Shown: positions 43,337-52,683 of the stretch, in pieces
Numbering within the stretch: the stretch's first letter is position 1
How the letters are laid out: each line of letters opens with the position of its first letter
Source: Planctomycetota bacterium
GTDB taxonomy: Bacteria > Planctomycetota > Phycisphaerae > SM23-33
Length of the DNA: 61,213 nucleotides
Direction of reading: 5' to 3'
NCBI GenBank assembly: GCA_016235825.1
Contig: JACRIL010000184.1
Location: forward strand, 1 to 61,213
Made by a program: the position numbers and the translations under genes
Notes under the pieces: model-generated
Databases searched by the model: none
The model's input: only the letters and a program-made list of their open reading frames with translations
Told to the model about the DNA's origin: nothing

Positions 43337-44782
43337 TTATGACGGCGTCGAGGCGGGTGAGGATTGCGGCTGGGAGGCCGGCACAGCGGCCGGCGTTGTG
43401 GCGGGGCTGGGGGTCGGCTGGATTTTTGGCACAGGCCGCGGCACGGGTTTGGGCGGGGCCGCCTGGATCGGCAGGACGATTTTGCCCGTGCAGACCTGTA
43501 TCTGGAAGAGCGAGAGGTGGCCGGCCAGACCCGTCAGCGCCAGCAGGATGAAGAACGCTGCCGCCGATTTCCGCAGAACCTTTACCGGCAGGGCCAGCAA
43601 TCCGGCCAAAAAGGTAAGCGCGCCAGACAGGCCTATCAGCACTCGCCAGTCGGTCAGGGCTGCATCGAGTCCGCCGGACAATTCCCGTTCGATCGCCGAG
43701 CGGTAATTTTCCAGGACCGACTGATTTGCCGCACCAGCCGGGCCGATATACGCCGCCGTGCCGGCCTGGGATGCAAAATAGAAGACCGCTCCGGCCGGCG
43801 CCGCCGAGAGCAGGCCGATCGCGCACGCCGCCAGCGCAAGGCCGATGCCGGGCCTGGCCGGTCCGGCCGGATGATCCGGAATTTCGGCCGACAGCTTAGT
43901 TGTCGGATCCGGTTTTTTGGCGCCGGCCGGTTTGCCAGCCGATTGCGGCGACTGCCCGGCCGTATCCGACGGGAAAAGGTCCTTTTCCGAAAGGGCCGCC
44001 CCGGCTTGCCCGACCGGTCCAGCCTGTCCGTCCGGCCCGGCCTGGCCGGCATCCTGCAATGTTTTCTCAGGGGCCTGCCCGATATCCCTGTCGGCATCCG
44101 CCCGCGCGAGTTCTTCGGCGGCCTGGCGTGCTTTCGCGCCGGCCGTCTCATCCTTGACGCCGGCCAGAAAATCATCTTCCTCGTCCGGTTCCACGTTGAC
44201 CGGTTCTTCCTCCGCATCCGGAACAGGCGATTCAATCGGTGCAATCTGCCTGACGGCGGACCTGGCGGGAGATGCGGGCGCGGCTGCTTCCCGCGCCGGC
44301 GGTTTGTCCGGAGCGGCCGGTTGTTCGGTCGGCGGCAGCGGCGGAGGCTCATAAGGTTTTTCCGCACTCGCCGGCGACGCCGTCCGCTGCGGCTGAGAGA
44401 TCGTTACCTTATGCCCCCCGCCGATCGGTTTGGCCATCACGGTCGGCAGCCTTGACGCCTGAATCGGAGGCGCCTCGAAAATCTCGATCACCGGCAGTCC
44501 CTGGCCGGACGGCCTGATCGGGGCGGCCTTGGGCGGAGGAATCGGCGTTTTGGCCGGCATGCCTTGACGATGCATCGGCTCCTGAATCGTCGCCATCGCC
44601 GATACGCCTTCGCTGGCGGGGAAAAGACCTTTAATCCTGCTGGCTGGAACCCAATCCTTCAGGCCGTCGCGCCAGACAGGATCGGACGGCCCAAGCATGC
44701 CGTCGCGGGCGACCTGCCGCATCTGGGCGTCGTTCAGCGGGCCGACCTTCTGATCGTTCTTCTTGAAATACCATTGGGCCAT
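43337..44782 (-). CDS. GYF_2 (DUF4339) domain - Pro-rich linker - multi-TM membrane protein
   Basis: MAQWYFKKNDQKVGPLNDAQMRQVARDGMLGPSDPVWRDGLKDWVPA, then a long P/A/E-rich region and a C-terminal hydrophobic segment. ATG at 44782. Confidence 0.65.
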   Translation of the reverse strand: MAQWYFKKNDQKVGPLNDAQMRQVARDGMLGPSDPVWRDGLKDWVPASRIKGLFPASEGVSAMATIQEPMHRQGMPAKTPIPPPKAAPIRPSGQGLPVIEIFEAPPIQASRLPTVMAKPIGGGHKVTISQPQRTASPASAEKPYEPPPLPPTEQPAAPDKPPAREAAAPASPARSAVRQIAPIESPVPDAEEEPVNVEPDEEDDFLAGVKDETAGAKARQAAEELARADADRDIGQAPEKTLQDAGQAGPDGQAGPVGQAGAALSEKDLFPSDTAGQSPQSAGKPAGAKKPDPTTKLSAEIPDHPAGPARPGIGLALAACAIGLLSAAPAGAVFYFASQAGTAAYIGPAGAANQSVLENYRSAIERELSGGLDAALTDWRVLIGLSGALTFLAGLLALPVKVLRKSAAAFFILLALTGLAGHLSLFQIQVCTGKIVLPIQAAPPKPVPRPVPKIQPTPSPATTPAAVPASQPQSSPASTPS

Positions 44783-44984
44783 GTATGTAGCTCCTGGCGG
44801 AAAACCGCCTGCTCCTGAAGAGCAGTATATTACCCCACGGCCGCCCGTTGACAAAGGCTTTTTTGTGCCGCAGGCGTCTCGCTTGCGGTAAATTCCAGTG
44901 CATGCACCAATCTGCTAATAATCTTGATGCAAGACCAAACAGCGATAGAATAATTCCGGAACGTATGTTTCCTGGGAGAGATTT

Positions 44985-46601
44985 ATGATCGGACAAACAC
45001 TGCTCATCCTGGAGTTCCTTGTCGCGACGCTGTTGCTCACCGCGATCCTGACGGCATGCAGCGCCAGGACAACGAGCTTCTTTATTGAACTTGTCATCTG
45101 GCCGGCGTTTCTGATATTTGCCGTGCTGCCGTGGGCGGCGGCAATCTTCGGGATAATATGGTTTTACTGCACATATCCCATTTACGGTTTTTTGCTGACA
45201 GCTTTCTGCTCCGCCGGTGCGATATTTCTGATCGCTACAGTCTGGATCATGCGGCGCGGCTTCAAAAGGCCGGACGCATCCTCAAAGGAAAGACGCGGAG
45301 CCAGGTGGAATTTATTGCGATTGGCCATTTTCTGGATTGCGGCGTGCATCTGCCTTTTTTTTACCTTTATTCTTCTGGATGTGATTCAACAGGACAAGAC
45401 GGATTCTTTGAAGGCCGAGGCCTGCCGGATTGCGGAGGAATTGTCTCCCAAATCGGTGCCGGACGAGAAAAACGCGGCTTTGTTATGTCAAAAAGCGATA
45501 AGCCTGTTGGATGAACAGGATAAGAAAAACCATGTAACCAAGGATAAATATAAGTGGTCATCGAGAGTAACAGATTGGCAGCAACAATTGAGTGATGGGG
45601 CCAAACCTGACAACAAAGACATGCTGGCCTTCCTGGAAAACAATGCCCATATTATCGATCTGATCAGAAAAGCTGGAGCTTTCGGTCAATCCAATTGGGG
45701 CATCACGTACAACCCGCCAAGAATCGATTTGCCTTTGCCAATGTTTGGGATTTTGAGATCACTTAACCGCATCCTGTGCCTGTCAGCATGGGTAAATGCG
45801 TACAATAATCGACCCAAAGAGGCGATCACCGACCTGAACGCGGCTTTATCCATTTCAAATAGTATTTTGTCGGAACCTCCATTAATTGCTTTATTGGTTT
45901 CCAGAGCATGCAAGACGGTCATACTTGACGCGATTAAAGTATTATTGTCCCAAAATCTTTTGAAAAGTGACGACTTTTGCGGACTGGAAGTCGATCCGCA
46001 ATTGAACTATTGGAAATATTTTCGTCGAGGCATTCGGATGGAATTTGCTTTCCCATTATATGGAATGGGTAGCGGCCTTGGAGAATATGTTTCATCGGAT
46101 AATCGCAGATCGGGTGTTTCCTCGATTTATCGCGTATTTTTGTTCGGCGAGGATTATGCGTGTTATCAACGATTGCTTCAGGACGGAATTCGGCCGGATA
46201 AAATGGACAACTATCTGTCCTATCTGCCCATTGCAAAATCGATTCAAAATACGCAAGGCGATTCAAGAGGGTTGTTTTCTTCTCTAATGCTCAGCTTCGG
46301 AGAGCAAACCACGGAGATGCTCGCTGAATCAGACGCCGGGCACGGCGTGCTTCTTCTGCTCAAGGCGGCGTGTCAGTATAAACGCAAGTATGGCGATTTT
46401 TCGGAGACGTTGGGGAAATTGCTCACGGAATTCCTGCCAACCCTGCCGACCGACCCGTTTACCGGCCAGGATTTTAAATATGTCCGTACAGAGGGCGGCC
46501 AAATCATTATTTACAGTCTTGGTCCCGACCAGACTGACGACAGGGGGGCTGCATTGGATGACAAAACCCGCAAAGGGGATATATCCCTGACAATCCGGTG
46601 A
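44985..46601 (+). CDS. Membrane protein with pseudopilin-like C-terminal motif
   Basis: About 4 N-terminal TM helices. The C-terminus DPFTGQDFKYVRTEGGQIIIYSLGPDQTDDRG resembles the GspG-type tail. Lower G+C than the surroundings. Confidence 0.5.
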   Translation: MIGQTLLILEFLVATLLLTAILTACSARTTSFFIELVIWPAFLIFAVLPWAAAIFGIIWFYCTYPIYGFLLTAFCSAGAIFLIATVWIMRRGFKRPDASSKERRGARWNLLRLAIFWIAACICLFFTFILLDVIQQDKTDSLKAEACRIAEELSPKSVPDEKNAALLCQKAISLLDEQDKKNHVTKDKYKWSSRVTDWQQQLSDGAKPDNKDMLAFLENNAHIIDLIRKAGAFGQSNWGITYNPPRIDLPLPMFGILRSLNRILCLSAWVNAYNNRPKEAITDLNAALSISNSILSEPPLIALLVSRACKTVILDAIKVLLSQNLLKSDDFCGLEVDPQLNYWKYFRRGIRMEFAFPLYGMGSGLGEYVSSDNRRSGVSSIYRVFLFGEDYACYQRLLQDGIRPDKMDNYLSYLPIAKSIQNTQGDSRGLFSSLMLSFGEQTTEMLAESDAGHGVLLLLKAACQYKRKYGDFSETLGKLLTEFLPTLPTDPFTGQDFKYVRTEGGQIIIYSLGPDQTDDRGAALDDKTRKGDISLTIR

Positions 46602-46656
46602 AAAGGTGGCACAAAAGGCAGTTTCTTTAATAAACGAAGGTTGCTTCAGGCCCGGA

Positions 46657-49600
46657 TTATTTGACCACGATATTGACCATCTTGCCGGGCACGACGATCT
46701 TTTTGACGATCTGCTTGCCTTCGAGCGCGGCGGCGATCTTCGGGTCGTCCAGCGCGGCCTTGACGATCTCTTCCTGATCGGCAGAGACAGGCACGTTGAT
46801 CCGCGAGCGGAGCTTGCCGTTTATCTGCACGGGCAGCTCGACGGCGCTTTCGGCCACCATGGCCGGGTTGAATCGCGGCCAGTCCTCGTAGGCGAGCGAA
46901 TCGGTGTTGCCCAGGACGTGCCACAGCTCCTCGGCGACGTGCGGCGCGAATGGCCCCAGCACCAGCACAAACCGCTCGGCCTGGCCGCGGTCTATCGCGC
47001 CGGCGCGGTAGACGGCGTTGATGAACTCCATCATCGCGGCGATGGCGGTGTTGAACTTCATCGCCTCGATGTCCTCGGAAGCCTTTTTGATGAGTTTGTG
47101 CAGTTCCTTTTCGACAGCCGGGTCGGCGGCCTGGGAAAGCAGCGGCTTTTGGTCCTCGTCGCCGACGATCATCCGCCAGACCCGCTGGAGGAATCGGTGC
47201 ACGCCCGAGATGTCACGGGTATTCCAGGGCTTGGACGCATCCAGCGGCCCCATGAACATCTCGTACAGCCGGAACGTGTCGGCCCCGTATTGGGCGATAA
47301 TATCATCGGGATTGACCACGTTCTTGAGGCCCTTGGACATCTTCTCGACGCTCTCGGAGAGTTTCTCGCCGGTGGTCTTGTGATACGCCCCGTCGTCGCG
47401 GAAGTCGATATCGCCATAGCCGATGTACACGCCGCGCTTGTCGCGGTAGGCGAACGAGCGGATCATCCCCTGGTTGAACAGCTTGCCGAACGGTTCGGGC
47501 GTGCTGACGTGCCCAAGATCGAACAGCACCTTGTGCCAGAACCGCGAGTAGAGCAGGTGCAGCACGGCGTGCTCGGCCCCGCCGACGTAGAGGTCCGCGC
47601 CGTCCTTGCCCATCCAGTATTCTTCGGCGGTCGCGTCGCAGAAGCATTTTTCATTTTCCGGGTCCAGATACCGCAGGTAATACCAGCAGCTTCCGGCCCA
47701 CTGGGGCATGGTGTTGAGTTCGCGTTTGGCAGGCCCGCCGCAGCATGGGCATTTTGTGTTAAGCCAATCGGCGGCCTTGCCCAGCGGCGGACGGGGCGGG
47801 GCGCCGGGGTCGTCGCTGCTGGCGGGTGTGAAGTCGGCCATCTCCGGCAGCAGCACGGGCAGGGCCTTTTCCGGCAGGCCGACCGTTCCGCACTTGTCGC
47901 AGTGGATAATGGGGAACGGCTCGCCCCAGTATCGCTGCCGGCTGAACAGCCAGTCGCGGAGCTTGTAATTCACCTGCCCTTGGCCGATGCCGCGCTCTTC
48001 CAGCCAGACGGTTATCTGCCTTATGAATTCATCCGTCGCCAAGCCGTCGAACTGCCCGGAATTGACCGCGATGCCGTCGCCCACGAAACCGCGCCAATCA
48101 ACGCCGTCTGGCGGCTTGACGACCTGGATGATCGGCAGGTTGAACTTGTTGGCGAACTCGAAGTCGCGCGTGTCGTGCGCCGGCACGGCCATGATCGCGC
48201 CGGTTCCGTAGCCCGTCAGAACATAATCGGCCACCCAGATGGGTATCGGCTTTTCGTTGACCGGATTGATCGCATATGCGCCGGTAAAGACGCCGGTCTT
48301 TTCCTTCGTGTCGGCTGTCCGCTCCATGTCGGACTTGTTTCTGGCGGCCCCCACGTATGCGACAACCTCGCGGCGCTGTTCGGACGTCGTGATTCTGTCG
48401 ACCAGCGGATGTTCGGGGGCTAAGACCATGTATGTGGCGCCGAATAGCGTGTCCGGCCGCGTGGTGAAGACGCGGATAACGTCGGAACCATCAGCCAGTC
48501 TGAAATCCACCTCCGCGCCTTCGCTGCGGCCGATCCAATTCCGCTGCATGAGTTTGATCGGCTCGGGCCAGTCGACGAGCGACAGGTCATCCAGCAGACG
48601 CTCGGAGTAGGCGGTTATGCGGAGCATCCACTGGTTGAGCGCCCGGCGGAAGACGGGATGATCGCCGCGATCGCTGCGGCCTTCGTTGGTAACTTCCTCG
48701 TTGGCCAGCACCGTGCCGAGTTTCGGGCACCAGTTGACGGGCACCTCGGCCATGTAGGCCAGTCGATGATTGTCGATTATCTGCCGCTGCTCCTTTTCGG
48801 CGAGATCGGAAAATTTTCTCATGGCCGTCGGCGCCGCGCCGCCGGTCGAACGGACATCAACAAACTGGCCGGTCGGGGCGATAACCAATTGGCCGTCTTC
48901 GAGCATCGCCTTTATGTCTTCGATCGCCTGTTTCTGCTCCGTCTGGGACAGTTCGGAAAAACTGATGTAGCCGCCCTGCATGCCCGTTATGGACGCGGCA
49001 ACGTCGTCGCCGGGCCTGGGAACCGGCCGGCCGTCCAGAGTGAGGTAAAGCTGGCGGCTCTCCAGCCGGCGGACGATGTCGGAAAGCAGTTTTTTCTGAT
49101 CGGCCTGATCGAGCTGGTCGAACCTGGCGCAGCCGGGCGGCAGTTCCGAAGGTTCATCGGATTGGCCGGCCCGCTCGTCGTCGCCTTCTTTGGCCGGCAC
49201 CGCGTTGCCGGCCTGGTCGATCAGCAGGTCGCCGGAGTGAAGGTCCTCGATAAGTTCGTCAATGGGCCTGGCGGCGTCGGCCTGCCCGTCATACCAACTG
49301 TTGAACATCTGGAGGAATATCCACTGCGTCCAGCGGTAATATTCCGGATCGGTCGTCGAGACCCGCCGCGACCAGTCGTACGAGAAGCCGAACATCTTTA
49401 TCTGCCGCTCGATGTTGGCGATGTTCTTTTGGGTGGTTACGGCCGGGTGAACGCCGTGCTCGACGGCGTACTGCTCGGCCGGCAGGCCGAACGCGTCGTA
49501 GCCCATCGGGTGCAGGACGTTAAAGCCCCGCATCCGCTTGTACCGGGCGATTATGTCCGTCGCCGTGTAGCCTTCCGGATGGCCCACGTGCAGCCCGGCC

Positions 49601-49749
49601 CCGCTTGGATACGGGAACATGTCCAGCACGTAAAATTTAGGGCCGTCCGAAAACTTGCTCTCGCCCGGATTCGGCTGGAGGAACGTCTGGTTCTTCTCCC
49701 AGTATTCCTGCCATTTCTTTTCTATCGCGGCAAAATCGTAACCTGCCAT
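46657..49749 (-). CDS. leuS: Leucyl-tRNA synthetase
   Basis: HIGH region PYPSGAGLHVGHPEGY, VNWCP, and KMSK-type loop VEKMSKGLKN. ATG at 49749 (MAGYDFAAIEKKWQ). Confidence 0.95.
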   Translation of the reverse strand: MAGYDFAAIEKKWQEYWEKNQTFLQPNPGESKFSDGPKFYVLDMFPYPSGAGLHVGHPEGYTATDIIARYKRMRGFNVLHPMGYDAFGLPAEQYAVEHGVHPAVTTQKNIANIERQIKMFGFSYDWSRRVSTTDPEYYRWTQWIFLQMFNSWYDGQADAARPIDELIEDLHSGDLLIDQAGNAVPAKEGDDERAGQSDEPSELPPGCARFDQLDQADQKKLLSDIVRRLESRQLYLTLDGRPVPRPGDDVAASITGMQGGYISFSELSQTEQKQAIEDIKAMLEDGQLVIAPTGQFVDVRSTGGAAPTAMRKFSDLAEKEQRQIIDNHRLAYMAEVPVNWCPKLGTVLANEEVTNEGRSDRGDHPVFRRALNQWMLRITAYSERLLDDLSLVDWPEPIKLMQRNWIGRSEGAEVDFRLADGSDVIRVFTTRPDTLFGATYMVLAPEHPLVDRITTSEQRREVVAYVGAARNKSDMERTADTKEKTGVFTGAYAINPVNEKPIPIWVADYVLTGYGTGAIMAVPAHDTRDFEFANKFNLPIIQVVKPPDGVDWRGFVGDGIAVNSGQFDGLATDEFIRQITVWLEERGIGQGQVNYKLRDWLFSRQRYWGEPFPIIHCDKCGTVGLPEKALPVLLPEMADFTPASSDDPGAPPRPPLGKAADWLNTKCPCCGGPAKRELNTMPQWAGSCWYYLRYLDPENEKCFCDATAEEYWMGKDGADLYVGGAEHAVLHLLYSRFWHKVLFDLGHVSTPEPFGKLFNQGMIRSFAYRDKRGVYIGYGDIDFRDDGAYHKTTGEKLSESVEKMSKGLKNVVNPDDIIAQYGADTFRLYEMFMGPLDASKPWNTRDISGVHRFLQRVWRMIVGDEDQKPLLSQAADPAVEKELHKLIKKASEDIEAMKFNTAIAAMMEFINAVYRAGAIDRGQAERFVLVLGPFAPHVAEELWHVLGNTDSLAYEDWPRFNPAMVAESAVELPVQINGKLRSRINVPVSADQEEIVKAALDDPKIAAALEGKQIVKKIVVPGKMVNIVVK

Positions 49750-49904
49750 CTGCGCCCTTTCCGAGGCCTCGCCGGACAGTTTCACAAATGCACGCCGGCT
49801 CGGCCGATAGAACTTTCAACTTTGTAAAATCCTTTTTATGCCTGCCGGACCGGCAAGTCAAGCCGGCGGCGAAACGCGGACGGGCAGCCAAACACGCAGC
49901 CCGA

Positions 49905-50783
49905 TCAGCACGCGTCGCCGCGGCGGCTGCGAAACTCGGCCGGCGAGCAGCCGTAATGCTGCCGGAACAGGTGGTTCAGGTGGCTGTTGTCGACGAACCC
50001 GAACAAAGAGGCGATAGCCTTGATCGGCCTGTCCGTGCGCATCAGCTCGGATGCGGCCTGGCTGAGACGGTGGCGAAGCGAAAATCTGGCGAAGCTCATT
50101 CCGACCGTCTGACGGAACTGGCGGGCGAAGTTGCTGCGGCTCAAACCGCATGAGGCGGCGGCGCGATCCACCGCCACCCGGCGGCTGACGCCGAACACCA
50201 TATCGAGGGCCGGCCCGACCCTGCGACAAAACCGCGGCGTTTCCGCCGGCATCTCAGCCGGCGGCCGCCAGCGTTCCGTCAGCAGCAACAGAGTTTCCAT
50301 CAAAATCAGGCGAAGCCACACCCCTTCGCGGGCCGGATGACCGGCCAATACCCGCGCAATTCGGCGGCCCAGATCGAGCATTCGTCCGGCATTTGCGGCA
50401 GATACCTGCGGCCGGCGCGGAGGCGGCGCCAGAAACGGCGACATACAGTGCAGGTCCGGCGCCTCGTCGAAACGGGCTGAGGCCAGCATCGGCGGATGAA
50501 TCACCAGCACCGCCACGCTGCACGGCGCCCGCGCAACCGCCATTCCGTGCGGCTCCCACACGCCGCACAGCCAGACCTGCCCCGGCCGCAGGTCCGTCTG
50601 CCACCCGTGGCAGTATCGCCTCATGCGGCCCGATAAAACCAGCCCCAATTCCAGCGGATAGTGCATGTCGAACCGTGCCTCGATGGTCCGGCGATGATTT
50701 TGCAGAAATCCGATTATGGGCTGCCGCTCGGAAAGTTCAAAAGCCATCCGGTTGATCGCGTCGGCTGACAAATCGGCTGCCAT
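49905..50783 (-). CDS. AraC-family transcriptional regulator
   Basis: C-terminal double HTH: SNFARQFRQTVGMSF...IASLFGFVDNSHLNHLFRQHYGCSPAEFR. Cupin-like N-terminus. Confidence 0.85.
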   Translation of the reverse strand: MAADLSADAINRMAFELSERQPIIGFLQNHRRTIEARFDMHYPLELGLVLSGRMRRYCHGWQTDLRPGQVWLCGVWEPHGMAVARAPCSVAVLVIHPPMLASARFDEAPDLHCMSPFLAPPPRRPQVSAANAGRMLDLGRRIARVLAGHPAREGVWLRLILMETLLLLTERWRPPAEMPAETPRFCRRVGPALDMVFGVSRRVAVDRAAASCGLSRSNFARQFRQTVGMSFARFSLRHRLSQAASELMRTDRPIKAIASLFGFVDNSHLNHLFRQHYGCSPAEFRSRRGDAC

Positions 50784-51020
50784 GCGAGTTTATTCTCCAT
50801 GCCGGCAAAGGATACAAGTATTTTACACCGATTATACAACTGCTTGCCGTCATCCTCAAGGCCGAGCCATAGTATAATTTGCGGTGAAATAACAGTTATA
50901 GGCCGCCGGCGGGGCCGATGGATTTACCGCATAAAAGCGATTTATTGGTCTGAATCTACAGGTTGCCTCCGGCCGCATGTAGTCCCGGCTGCCGGGATGC
51001 CGGCTGAAAGGAATTCGAAA

Positions 51021-52451
51021 ATGAAACTTCAGGTACTGGGCAGCGAAGGCGTGGCGGCGGTCGATAAGGCGGCCCATCAGATTCTCGAAAAGACCGGCGT
51101 GCTGGTCCCGCACGAGCGGATGCTGGACCTTTTCGCCAGGGCAGGCGCCAAGGTGGACGAGTCCGCCCAGCGAGTCCGCATCCCCGGAAAACTGCTGGAC
51201 GAGTGCATCGCGCAGGCGGGCAAGAGCTTCACGATCTACGGCCGCGACCGTTCCATCACCGCCCCGTTCGGCCAGGGCAAACGGAATTACAATTCCATCG
51301 CCGGCGAGGCGAGCTGGCTGGACATGGACGGCAGCCGGCGCTTCGCGACGCTCGCCGACGTGGTCCAGGCGGCAAAGGTCGGCCAGATGCTGCCAAGGCT
51401 GAACATCGTCGGTGCGATGAGCGACCCGCACGAGCTGGACGCGGCATACCGCGTCGTGGAGGTCGTGGCGGCCCAACTGCGGACCACTACCAAGCCCATC
51501 ACATTCTGGTTCCACGACGGGCCTAGCGCCAAGTTCGTGGTCGAGGTAATGTCCGCCGTCGCCGGCGGGCCGGACCAGTTGGCGAAATTCCCGCTGGCGT
51601 ATCCGTTTCTCGAGCCGATCAGCCCCCTGCGGTTCGCGCGGTGGGGCTTCGACGTGCTGTTCGAGACCTCGAAAGTTCCGCTGCCGGTCTCGATCGGCCC
51701 GATGGCCCAGACGGGCATGTCGGCCCCGGTTACGCTGGCCGGAACCGTCGCTCAGGAAACTGCCGAGGTGCTCGCGGGCCTGTGCGCGGTGCAGTTGATC
51801 CGGCCGGGCACGCCGGTCTGTTTCGGCGGCATCTGCCACGCCTTCGACATGCGGACGACCCAGATGATCTTCTCGGGGCCCGAGCAGGGCCTGATGGCCG
51901 TCGCGACGACCGAGATGGGCAAGCATTACGGCCTGCCGGTCTACATCAACGTGGGGCTGACCGACAGCAAGACCGTGGATGCACAGGCCGGGATGGAGTC
52001 GGCCGCGACTCTGCTGATGGGCGTGCTGGCGGGGGCCGACATCTTCGGGCACATGGGAATCAGCGGCGTCGATCAGGCCACGAGCCTGGACATGCTCGTC
52101 TTCCAGCACGAGGTCATCGACTATATCGAACGCGTCGCCCGCGGCTTTGAAGTCGATGCCGAGCATCTTGCGCTGGATGTGATCGACGAGGTCGGGCCGG
52201 GCGGGATGTTCATCGACCACGATCACACGGTCAAACATTTCCGGAATGAAATCTGGATTCCGACGATCCTCGACCGCGAATACTGGCAGCAGTGGGAAGC
52301 CGCCGGCCGGCCCGACGCCGCACGCAGAACGCGGGAAAAGCTGCTCTCGCTTCTGAAGGCCTATCAACCCTGCCCACTACCCGATTCAGTCGAAAAGGAT
52401 GTCAGTAAAATCATCGCCGACGCGAAAAAGCATTTGGCTGCCATGGTTTAA
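51021..52451 (+). CDS. MttB-superfamily methyltransferase (non-pyrrolysine type)
   Basis: 476 aa from the ATG at 51021. GMSAPVTLAGTVAQETAEVLAGL...RPGTPVCFGG is typical of the MttB family. No in-frame TAG. Confidence 0.8.
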   Translation: MKLQVLGSEGVAAVDKAAHQILEKTGVLVPHERMLDLFARAGAKVDESAQRVRIPGKLLDECIAQAGKSFTIYGRDRSITAPFGQGKRNYNSIAGEASWLDMDGSRRFATLADVVQAAKVGQMLPRLNIVGAMSDPHELDAAYRVVEVVAAQLRTTTKPITFWFHDGPSAKFVVEVMSAVAGGPDQLAKFPLAYPFLEPISPLRFARWGFDVLFETSKVPLPVSIGPMAQTGMSAPVTLAGTVAQETAEVLAGLCAVQLIRPGTPVCFGGICHAFDMRTTQMIFSGPEQGLMAVATTEMGKHYGLPVYINVGLTDSKTVDAQAGMESAATLLMGVLAGADIFGHMGISGVDQATSLDMLVFQHEVIDYIERVARGFEVDAEHLALDVIDEVGPGGMFIDHDHTVKHFRNEIWIPTILDREYWQQWEAAGRPDAARRTREKLLSLLKAYQPCPLPDSVEKDVSKIIADAKKHLAAMV

Positions 52452-52482
52452 TCGTACTTGGCCGACAAACAGCCTCAATCGT

Positions 52483-52545
52483 CCCGCTTGAGCGGGTCCT
52501 GCCTGCACAAAAAATAAAATTGCAGGCGGGACGCCCGCACCACAA
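52483..52545. repeat. REP-like hairpin pair related to 29763-29880
   Basis: CCCGC-TTGA-GCGGG, then TCCTGCCTGCA-(A-rich loop)-TGCAGGCGGGA, followed by CGCCCGCACCACAA. Confidence 0.5.
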
Positions 52546-52683
52546 AAGGACAGTCATACACCGACCAGCCGGTCCATCGCCGGCCAAAGGTTTGCATCCC
52601 CGAAAGGTTCATGCCGGCTTGCGTTTTGGCGTCATCGGCCATAACATCGGCCTTTCCGGAAAAGCCGGACGCGAGAAAACCCG

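Noticed and set aside
46606-48423. Long antisense or alternate-frame ORFs opposite real genes (e.g. 2921..3949, 3968..4816, 4977..5930, 21393..22175, 34192..35751, 36200..37615, 37835..38755, 46606..48423, 50856..52367, 58667..59998)
   Set aside because: Each overlaps a gene with clear family motifs on the other strand or frame. Each has Arg/Gly/Pro/Ala-rich low-information composition, as expected for high-GC shadow ORFs.
51021-52451. Pyrrolysine-encoding in-frame TAG in the MttB homolog
   Set aside because: The ORF is uninterrupted from 51021 to 52451. No in-frame TAG is present.
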